Positions 9,192 to 16,533 of a stretch of 36,604 bases of DNA are shown here, one piece after another. The stretch is from the sequence record DRR378314_2387. The stretch is one strand, 5' to 3'. The notes beneath the pieces were generated by a model. It was not told the origin of the DNA, ran no database searches, and was given only the letters and a program-made list of their open reading frames with translations. A program made the translations under genes and the position numbers. The first letter of the stretch is position 1. The number at the start of each line of letters is the position of its first letter.

Positions 9192-9665
9192 TTTCTAAAG
9201 TTTATTATTGATTGTTTAAATAGAAAACTTCGGATTAAGAATGTTCGAAGTTTAATCATACACCGATGACCTCACCGGAGAAACGAGTAATCACTTTGGT
9301 GATTACGATAAATGGAATAAAAGTTTGTTTAGGAATTTGGGATACAACTCGTTATTTCTATCCAAGGAGAGGATTTAAATTACAAGTAAGGGTCTGATTA
9401 AATACGTAAAAAATGTTGGAAAAAAAAGTGGGGAGAAAAGTTTGAAATCCAACAAAGTAAATATAGTAAAAAACTGTATATGAGTGATTTAAATCATAGA
9501 TAAAATGACATTTATTTATCAAAATCGGCGTTAATTGAACTATTTTCCCACAATATAAAATCATGCCTTTCTGATGCTGTAATCCATTCCTCTTTTATTT
9601 CGAAAAAAGCAATTGCCCTTTTTTATGATTACCAAATAAATGGTTTAGTCGATAAACTACTACAC

Positions 9666-9737
9666 TACAATTCATCCTTAGAAACATACAGTTCGGTAAT
9701 CCTTCTTTTATATGCGTAAGATGTTGATTCATCTTTG
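9666..9737 (+). promoter_or_regulatory. LytTR-type direct repeat plus -7 element for TPR-kinase operon
   Basis: TACAATTCA-N12-TACAGTTCG (9666-9695), then 38 bp to the TTTG of CATCTTTG (9730-9737). Confidence 0.8.
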
Positions 9738-9765
9738 TGACATCAATAATCATAAAACGACAGTC

Positions 9766-10389
9766 ATGAAAAAACTGATTTTAGCAATTGTGCTTCTTGG
9801 CACCACATTGACCAATGCTCAGGACCGCTATTCCAAAGGAATGGAAAAGGCCTTTGAGCTTTGGCAAAATCAAAAATCAACAATGGCATCCAATATGTTC
9901 GAACGCATAGCGACCGCAGAACCCGATAAATGGTTGCCTTATTATTATGTATCCCAGATAAACACTGTAATATCTTTTGGGGAAAGGGATGAGAAAAAAC
10001 TGAGCAAACAACTGGAAAAGGCACAAGAATTTTTGGATGTAGCCAAAGCCATTTCCCCAAACAATCCAGAAATCTTGGTTCAAGAGGCATTGATCAACAC
10101 GGCTTGGGTTGCCTTTGATGGTGCTACCTATGGTATGACGCTTTCACCTAAAATTGAACAATTGTATCAAAAGGCTCTGGAGATTGCCCCAAACAACCCA
10201 CGAGTAGTATTCTCCAAAGCAGAATGGGATATGGGCTCCGCACGCTATTTTGGCAAGGACATCACCCCTTATTGTAAAGATGTGGAAAGGGCCTTGGAAC
10301 TTTTTGCTACCTTTAAATCCGAAACACCATTTTACCCCTCTTGGGGCAAGGAAAGGGCGGAACAGGTATTGATAAGCTGCAATAAATAA
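9766..10389 (+). CDS. Secreted TPR-like helical protein
   Basis: Signal peptide from 9766 (MKKLILAIVLL..AQ); TPR-like ALEIAPNNPR, AKAISPNNPE, WLPYYY; C-terminal PSWG. Confidence 0.8.
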   Translation: MKKLILAIVLLGTTLTNAQDRYSKGMEKAFELWQNQKSTMASNMFERIATAEPDKWLPYYYVSQINTVISFGERDEKKLSKQLEKAQEFLDVAKAISPNNPEILVQEALINTAWVAFDGATYGMTLSPKIEQLYQKALEIAPNNPRVVFSKAEWDMGSARYFGKDITPYCKDVERALELFATFKSETPFYPSWGKERAEQVLISCNK

Positions 10390-10395
10390 TAAAGG

Positions 10396-11724
10396 ATGAA
10401 ACTCTTTTTAAAAGAACTTGTAAAAGCATTTTTAGTGGGGATAGCTATTTTTATCGTTTTCCTCATTATTTTCTTTATCAAGGGCTGGGAGCTCACCTAT
10501 CAAGAATTGTGGGAGGAGTTCTGGGAGAGCATGATTTTTTCTGTCATTATATACATGTTCAATGCGGCTTCCTTTATACTTTTAATGCGCAAGTATAATA
10601 AGGAACTCTTTACCAAAAAGTATATTGGCTATGGTATTTTGGGAAATATTGTAGCTTCCATTATAGGAATCATTGTATCCAGATTTGTTTTGGTAGTCTT
10701 GTTCTATCAAAAATCCATTGCTCAGTTTTTGGCAGAGGAACGTACCGAGTTCTACGTGAGCTCATTTATCATTTCAATGGCGGTGGCGCTAATGTTTTAT
10801 GCTGCCTATTATTACAAATATTACAAGGAAAAACAGGTCAAAGAGCAAAAAATAATTGCTGGGTCGGCATCTGCCAGGTTCGATGCTTTAAAGAACCAGT
10901 TGGATCCCCATTTTTTGTTCAATAGCCTCAATGTATTGACCAGTTTGATTGACGAAGACCCTCATCAGGCGCAAAACTTCACCACCTCCTTATCCAAAGT
11001 CTACCGGTATGTACTGGAGCAGAAAAATAAGGATTTGGTCACCGTGGACGAAGAATTAAATTTTGCCAGAACTTATGTGAGACTCTTAAAAATGCGTTTT
11101 GAGGACAGCATCATATTTGATATTCCTGACAACTGTTCCCAGCCTGAGGCCAAAATAGTGCCCCTGTCCTTGCAGCTTTTGCTGGAAAATGCAGTAAAAC
11201 ATAATGTAGTTACTTCTTCTCGACCATTGCGCATAAAAGTTTTTGAACAAAACGGCATGTTGGTAGTGAGTAACAATCTTCAGGAAAAACAAGTAGTGAA
11301 AAAGAGTAGTGGGGTAGGTCTTCAGAACATAAAACAGCGGTACAATATATTAACGGAGCGTGAAATGCTCATCAAAAAAACCGAGAGGGATTTTAGCGTT
11401 TTTATACCGATGCTTACCCAAAAGTACACCGTACTGGAAACTCAGGAGAGTTATATTGAGGAGAAACGCTACGCCAATGCCAAAGAACGGGTCAAGAACA
11501 TTAAGGACTTTTACGGCAACCTTATGGCATATTGCATTGTAATCCCCTTTTTGTGGTGGCTCAATTTCCGCACTACGGAGTTTTTATGGGCCTTTTTTCC
11601 AACCATTGGATGGGGGTTCGGTTTAACTGCCCATGGAATGGCTGCTTTTGGCTACAACCCATTGTGGGGCAAACGTTGGGAAGAACGTAAAATCAGGGAG
11701 CTTATGGACAAGGACGATTTTTAG
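10396..11724 (+). CDS. LytS-type sensor histidine kinase with C-terminal 2TM domain
   Basis: Four N-terminal TM segments; H-box NQLDPHFLFNSLN; N-box LLENAVKHN; SSGVGLQNI; C-terminal 2TM tail ending WEERKIRELM. Confidence 0.92.
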   Translation: MKLFLKELVKAFLVGIAIFIVFLIIFFIKGWELTYQELWEEFWESMIFSVIIYMFNAASFILLMRKYNKELFTKKYIGYGILGNIVASIIGIIVSRFVLVVLFYQKSIAQFLAEERTEFYVSSFIISMAVALMFYAAYYYKYYKEKQVKEQKIIAGSASARFDALKNQLDPHFLFNSLNVLTSLIDEDPHQAQNFTTSLSKVYRYVLEQKNKDLVTVDEELNFARTYVRLLKMRFEDSIIFDIPDNCSQPEAKIVPLSLQLLLENAVKHNVVTSSRPLRIKVFEQNGMLVVSNNLQEKQVVKKSSGVGLQNIKQRYNILTEREMLIKKTERDFSVFIPMLTQKYTVLETQESYIEEKRYANAKERVKNIKDFYGNLMAYCIVIPFLWWLNFRTTEFLWAFFPTIGWGFGLTAHGMAAFGYNPLWGKRWEERKIRELMDKDDF

Positions 11725-11879
11725 ATATAAGATGCCAGATATCAGCAGTCAGATGTGGGAAGTAAGATGTCAGAGGTCTTCAATTGTTAATTGGTCATTG
11801 TAAATTGTTAATTAAACTTTCCTCTTCACCCTTAACCCTTAACCCTTCACCCTTAACCCTTCACCCTTCACCCTTCACC
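11723..11879. repeat. Three adjacent 7-bp tandem arrays
   Basis: 8x degenerate AGATRTC-like (11723-11778), ~4.5x AATTGTT-like (11782-11813), 8x CTT(C/A)ACC (11824-11879). Confidence 0.9.
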
Positions 11880-11887
11880 CCTTCCAA

Positions 11888-11959
11888 TACAATTCATCCC
11901 ACTAAAATTACAGTTCAGAAATTCGTTTTTCATTTTGCACTTGAGTATGGAGATATTTG
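11888..11959 (+). promoter_or_regulatory. LytTR-type direct repeat plus -7 element for 2TM array/lytTR operon
   Basis: TACAATTCA-N12-TACAGTTCA (11888-11917), then 38 bp to the TTTG of GATATTTG (11952-11959). Confidence 0.8.
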
Positions 11960-11990
11960 ACCTGTAATCAATACTAAAAACCGAACAATC

Positions 11991-12269
11991 ATGGAAAATT
12001 CAAATGAACATCGTTATGCCAGGGCAAAGAAAAGAGTAGAGCACATCAAGTCTTTTTACTCCAACTTAACTGCCTATTGCTTGGTAATTCCACTGCTGGT
12101 CTACCTTAATTTTAGAACCACTGAGTTTCCTTGGGCTATTTTTCCAGCTATTGGTTGGGGCCTTGGGCTAGTGGGACATTGGATGACAGCTTACGGTCAC
12201 AATCCATTTTTTGGAAAGGAGTGGGAAGAACGTAAGATTCAGGAATTTATGAACGACAAAGAATTTTAA
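11991..12269 (+). CDS. 2TM-domain protein 1
   Basis: AKKRV..IKSFY, two TM helices, GWG..H, WEERKI; 55/85 identical to the kinase tail by manual gapless alignment. Confidence 0.9.
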   Translation: MENSNEHRYARAKKRVEHIKSFYSNLTAYCLVIPLLVYLNFRTTEFPWAIFPAIGWGLGLVGHWMTAYGHNPFFGKEWEERKIQEFMNDKEF

Positions 12270-12313
12270 GAATGAGTATTTTTAGCTATAACATGTCATC
12301 AAACAGCAATACA

Positions 12314-12616
12314 ATGGAAACTTCAGATAAAGAGAACAAATACATACGGGCCAGGGAGCGCGTGGAGGAGCTGAAAAAGTTTTACGGCAACCTAACCTCT
12401 TATGTCCTTGTGATATCAGGACTGGCCCTGATCAACTATTTTACCAACCATTTTGCCTACGCTTGGTTCTTGTGGGCCGCGTTTGGTTGGGGTATAGGGA
12501 TTGTGTTCCACGCCATTAAAACGTTCGACCTCAATCCGTTTTTTGGCAAACAGTGGGAAAAACGCAAGTTGGAGCAGTTTATGCAAGAAGAAGAACATAA
12601 CAACAAATGGAAATGA
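12314..12616 (+). CDS. 2TM-domain protein 2 (start could be 12272, 12293 or 12314)
   Basis: ARERVEELKKFY, GWGIGIVFH, WEKRKL. Confidence 0.88.
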   Translation: METSDKENKYIRARERVEELKKFYGNLTSYVLVISGLALINYFTNHFAYAWFLWAAFGWGIGIVFHAIKTFDLNPFFGKQWEKRKLEQFMQEEEHNNKWK

Positions 12617-12924
12617 GCATGGGAAATTTCAATAAAGAGAAGTATGACAGGGCCAAAAAGCAAGTGGACGAACTCAAGGGGTTTTACATCCATTTGACCA
12701 TTTATGTGGTAATCAACACTTTTATTTTAATCAATCTCTACCTGCATTCAGATAGTTTTTGGCGATGGGAACATTTTATTACGCTGGGGGCTTGGGGAAT
12801 AGGGTTGTTGTTCCACGCCTCTAAAACCTTTGGGTTTAACCCCTTCCTGGGCAAAGATTGGGAAGAACGACAGATCCAAAAGTTCATTGATGAGGACAAA
12901 GAGGAAATGAACAAGTTCAAATAA
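12613..12924 (+). CDS. 2TM-domain protein 3
   Basis: AKKQVDELKGFYIH, WGIGLLFH, WEERQI; ATGA overlap with the previous stop supports a 12613 start. Confidence 0.88.
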   Translation: MSMGNFNKEKYDRAKKQVDELKGFYIHLTIYVVINTFILINLYLHSDSFWRWEHFITLGAWGIGLLFHASKTFGFNPFLGKDWEERQIQKFIDEDKEEMNKFK

Positions 12925-12925
12925 G

Positions 12926-13255
12926 ATGATGACCAATAAACAAACGGCAAGAGAGGCGGCCAAAAAGCGAGTTCAGGAACTCAAAGGGTATTATAGCCAC
13001 ATTATCATTTTTGTAATCGTCAACGGTATTCTTTACCTCTTAAAAACAGGCATGTTGACCTCCTTGTTGCCGGAAGCATTTCCGAAAGAATCTTATTATT
13101 ACGATTGGATAAACAGCAACATCCTAATTTGGACCTTGATTTTGATAGTGCATACCTTGATCGTATTCCGGGATAAATTTACTTTTGTTAAAAAGTGGGA
13201 AGAACGGCAGATCAAAAAATATATGGAAGAGGACGAGGGCAAGGTGGATAAATAA
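12926..13255 (+). CDS. 2TM-domain protein 4
   Basis: AKKRVQELKGYYSH, W..ILIVH, WEERQIKKYM; longer inter-TM loop. Confidence 0.88.
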   Translation: MMTNKQTAREAAKKRVQELKGYYSHIIIFVIVNGILYLLKTGMLTSLLPEAFPKESYYYDWINSNILIWTLILIVHTLIVFRDKFTFVKKWEERQIKKYMEEDEGKVDK

Positions 13256-13266
13256 AAATAAAAACT

Positions 13267-13599
13267 ATGACAAGAGACATCACTTTGGAATCTGCCAAAC
13301 GTAGAATAAATGCTATCAAGGATTTTTATCATCACTTGGGCAAATTTATTTTAGCGAGTGCTGTTTTACTCTCCTTAAAACAAAATATTGTTGAATGGGT
13401 TTTGAAGTATGGTGGAAATACCGATCCGAATTTTTTGCAATGGGTAGATTGGAATATTTTAGCCGTACCCATAATTTGGGGAATTGTAATTGCTGTTCAA
13501 GGATGTGCTGTTTTTGGATATCCGTTAATAAAAAATTGGGAAGAGCGGCAAGTGCAAAAATATTTGAAAGAAGACGAATCACGTAAAACCATCAACTAA
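13267..13599 (+). CDS. 2TM-domain protein 5
   Basis: AKRRINAIKDFYHH, WGIVIAVQ, WEERQVQKYL; longer inter-TM loop. Confidence 0.85.
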   Translation: MTRDITLESAKRRINAIKDFYHHLGKFILASAVLLSLKQNIVEWVLKYGGNTDPNFLQWVDWNILAVPIIWGIVIAVQGCAVFGYPLIKNWEERQVQKYLKEDESRKTIN

Positions 13600-13618
13600 A
13601 AAAACAAACCGTACATAG

Positions 13619-14374
13619 ATGAATGTCCTGATTATTGAAGACGAAAAACCGGCAGCAAGACGATTGTCCAGATTGCTTTCCGAATTGGAAATTGAGGTCT
13701 CCACCATGTTGCATTCCGTTGAAGAAGCCATTGTATGGTTTCAAGAAAATTCACACCCGGATTTAATCTTTTTGGACATTCAATTATCGGATGGACTTTC
13801 CTTCGAAATTTTTGATGCCATTGAAGTAAAAAGCGCTATAATTTTTACCACAGCCTATGACGAATATGCGCTTCAAGCTTTCAAGTTGAATAGCATTGAT
13901 TATTTGCTAAAACCAATCGACGAAGAAGAACTGGAAATAGCAGTAAAAAAGTATCAAAATTTCAAGCCTGAAAGTCAGAAAATCCCCATCGATTTCAACG
14001 ATATAAAAAACCTCTTGGTGAACCCCTTGGAGCGTGAATATAAAAAGAGGTTTACTGCCAAGGTGGGACAACATTTAAAAATTATAAACGCAGATGATGT
14101 GGAATGTTTTTACAGTGAAAACAAAGGAACTTATGCAGCCACTTCGGATGGTAGAAATTATTTGTTGGACACTACCTTGGAACAGTTGGAGGAGGAGTTG
14201 GAACCACAAACATTTTTTAGGGTGAGCCGAAAGTTCTACGTAAACATCAACCATATAGGAGACATCATTTCATACACCAATTCAAGGCTTCAAATCAAGT
14301 TGAATCGTTTTAATGAACACGAAATCATTGTGAGCAGGGAACGTGTAAGAGATTTTAAGCTTTGGTTGGAGTAG
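13619..14374 (+). CDS. LytTR/AlgR-family response regulator
   Basis: Receiver domain (IEDE, FLDIQL, FTTAY, YLLKP) plus LytTR domain (FFRVSRKFYVN, IIVSRER). Confidence 0.95.
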   Translation: MNVLIIEDEKPAARRLSRLLSELEIEVSTMLHSVEEAIVWFQENSHPDLIFLDIQLSDGLSFEIFDAIEVKSAIIFTTAYDEYALQAFKLNSIDYLLKPIDEEELEIAVKKYQNFKPESQKIPIDFNDIKNLLVNPLEREYKKRFTAKVGQHLKIINADDVECFYSENKGTYAATSDGRNYLLDTTLEQLEEELEPQTFFRVSRKFYVNINHIGDIISYTNSRLQIKLNRFNEHEIIVSRERVRDFKLWLE

Positions 14375-14413
14375 ATAAATATAAAATACTGATAATTAAA
14401 TCATTGTATTTAT

Positions 14414-14452
14414 AAAAAACTTGCTATAAGTTTTTCTTATAGTAAGATTTTT
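14414..14452. terminator. Probable bidirectional terminator
   Basis: cttgctataag-ttttt-cttatagtaag inverted repeat with A and T tracts between convergent genes. Confidence 0.7.
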
Positions 14453-14461
14453 ACCTCCATA

Positions 14462-15655
14462 TCACCCATTTTCTTCAATACGGTTGTCGTCAAAAGCAGA
14501 GGGCAATAATTTGGGAATCAATTTAATAAAAATGGGTAGAAGAATGGCTCCACCAGGCAACATAAAAATGGCCAAAGAAGGAATGCTTTTAAAAATATCG
14601 ATCAACTGATTTTGTACTTTTTTCTTTTCTTCTGGACTCAAATCCCTAACGGTTGACTTGGATAAAAGTGCAACCAATTCTCTACTTTCGGTAAGCTCTT
14701 TTTTTAATCTTTTACTATTTCTAAGAATCAGTTTACTTACATTTTTGGACATTCCATCATAGAATTGAACGGCCAAATTTTTGTTGCTCAGATAGGCGAT
14801 TTTATCTTTGTTTTTTTCAAAAAAATCCGCTACAAATTCAAGCTCATTTTCAATCACTTTTTTTGACTTCCCCAAGTCCTTTCCCAAACCAAAGATATAG
14901 TCCGTTTCGGTGTAGTCCAATGTCTTGTCTTCCCAGATGGTCAAGCAAGCCATATCCAAAAAATAATCCCGTTCATTTTTGGTAAATTTTTGGGTCAATA
15001 AATCGGAATAATTGCCATCAAATTTTGATTCATCTAAATCAACATAAGTTAAGGATGATCCCAATAATTGAATCAGTTTTGCGTCCGAATCGTGGGTCTC
15101 TTTGGAGTTGAGTGCATGGTACACAATGTTGATGGTTACGTACTCCAAAAGTTGGGCGTGTCCCATTACATTTTTGTTGCCTCGCAGATATATCATAAAG
15201 ATGAGAATATCTACATATAGGAGTGAATTGGTCAAACTATTTCCGAGTGCCCTACTAAAAGTATTATCACTTAGATAGATTCGGGAATCGATTAATTTTT
15301 CCAGTTGCGACTCTGTTTTGGAACCGGTCAATATCTTGTTCAAAAATGAAACCTTATTTACATTCAACGATTGGTAGTACTCAAAAATCGTGTTCACAAA
15401 AGCTTCAAAATCTGTTTTTCCAACCTCAAAAATATAGGTGAAATATAAAGCAGTGAGCAGATTGATCTTGGCAATTTCATCTTCGCTCAAAGTGTGCTCT
15501 ACGGCAATAAAGGCAGGTATGTTTAAATGTACACCATAGATAAAACCATTTTTTTTGAGTTCCCTGTACAAGCTATTAAAGTCTTCATAAGGTAAAGACT
15601 CTTGATCTACAAGGTGACCAAACTTGTTGATCCATCCAGAGGAAGAAGGGTTCAT
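14462..15655 (-). CDS. LETM1-related protein
   Basis: C-terminal IPSLAIFMLPGGAILLPIFIKLIPKLLPSAF resembles the LETM1 Pro-rich TM motif; N-terminal MNPSSSGWINKF typical of the flavobacterial family. Confidence 0.8.
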   Translation of the reverse strand: MNPSSSGWINKFGHLVDQESLPYEDFNSLYRELKKNGFIYGVHLNIPAFIAVEHTLSEDEIAKINLLTALYFTYIFEVGKTDFEAFVNTIFEYYQSLNVNKVSFLNKILTGSKTESQLEKLIDSRIYLSDNTFSRALGNSLTNSLLYVDILIFMIYLRGNKNVMGHAQLLEYVTINIVYHALNSKETHDSDAKLIQLLGSSLTYVDLDESKFDGNYSDLLTQKFTKNERDYFLDMACLTIWEDKTLDYTETDYIFGLGKDLGKSKKVIENELEFVADFFEKNKDKIAYLSNKNLAVQFYDGMSKNVSKLILRNSKRLKKELTESRELVALLSKSTVRDLSPEEKKKVQNQLIDIFKSIPSLAIFMLPGGAILLPIFIKLIPKLLPSAFDDNRIEENG

Positions 15656-15761
15656 GTAAAAGAATTAACGTGCCAAAGTAAAACAATTTCTATGACTTTG
15701 TTTTACCCAAAGTAAATCACTTCGATAAAATACTGTTAAGACAATTTTAACATTTAAAAAC

Positions 15762-15787
15762 CAAACCCGCTCCCAAAAGGTTCCGTA
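15762..15787 (+). promoter_or_regulatory. Candidate ECF sigma promoter
   Basis: CAAACC-N16-CGTA, 34 bp upstream of the DUF4331 ATG; fits generic ECF AAC/CGT architecture. Confidence 0.55.
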
Positions 15788-15821
15788 GGTAGGGGTGAAC
15801 GAAACTTTAAAAACAAGTAAC

Positions 15822-16514
15822 ATGAGAAAAACAACGAAATATCTATTAGGCTTGGGCGCCTTGGCAGTTGCAGCTACCGTTTTGGTGGCGGCAGACCATA
15901 TTGATGCGCCTTCATCGGCTGGAACCACTGCGGACATTGCCGATTTTTATGCTTTTGAACCCAATGAAGGTTCGGACAACACTGTTTTTGTGGTAGACCT
16001 ACAATCCAATGTACTGCCAGACCTGGCTTATGGAACCTTTGACGAGGATGTACTTACCGAAATCAATATTGATTTGGATGGTGATTTGGTAGAAGACCAA
16101 GTGATTCAAGCTATCGCAAGAGATGGTAGAATGTACTTTTTTGGACCAATCGCTCCTTCACAAACAGGATTGAGCAGTGAAGTAAACACTGATGCTGCTT
16201 TGGGCGATGTGGAAATTTCAGGTGCTACGGCCATTGTGGAAACCACTTCGGATGGTGTATCCTTATTTGCTGGAGCAAGACAAGATCCATTCTTTTTTGA
16301 CTTTTTCCAGTTCAACGCGGTGATTTCTCCAGAAACGGATTCCGCTCCAGGTGGGTTTTTACCTCCAGAAGAAGCCGCTGACACTTTTGATGGTGCCAAC
16401 ACACTATCAATAGTAGTGGAAATTCCAAATAGTATGTTGGGCGTTCCAACAGCTACAAACGCCCTAGGACTATCAGTCTATAAAACGTGGGTGACTACAA
16501 ACAGAAAACAATAA
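15822..16514 (+). CDS. DUF4331-family secreted protein (N-terminal-type half)
   Basis: Signal peptide from 15822; AADHIDAP, DIADFYAF, FAGARQDPFFFD, DTFDGAN..SIVVEIP motifs. Confidence 0.85.
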   Translation: MRKTTKYLLGLGALAVAATVLVAADHIDAPSSAGTTADIADFYAFEPNEGSDNTVFVVDLQSNVLPDLAYGTFDEDVLTEINIDLDGDLVEDQVIQAIARDGRMYFFGPIAPSQTGLSSEVNTDAALGDVEISGATAIVETTSDGVSLFAGARQDPFFFDFFQFNAVISPETDSAPGGFLPPEEAADTFDGANTLSIVVEIPNSMLGVPTATNALGLSVYKTWVTTNRKQ

Positions 16515-16533
16515 GAACATTTAAATCGATATT

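Noticed and set aside
9358-9564. 68-aa minus-strand ORF in the intergenic gap
   Set aside because: Very AT-rich, no recognisable motif; probably spurious
11260-11330. Kinase G1 box reads SNN rather than DxG, suggesting a pseudokinase
   Set aside because: H, N and G2 boxes are intact, and to my recollection this variant is common in Bacteroidota LytS-like kinases
11723-11879. CRISPR or telomere-like array
   Set aside because: The units are 7-bp tandem repeats without spacers; no cas genes; the TTAGGG resemblance is superficial
11991-13599. Integron cassettes, DGR targets or toxin-immunity array as an explanation of the 2TM genes
   Set aside because: No attC-like repeats between genes, no reverse transcriptase or template repeat, and no toxin gene nearby
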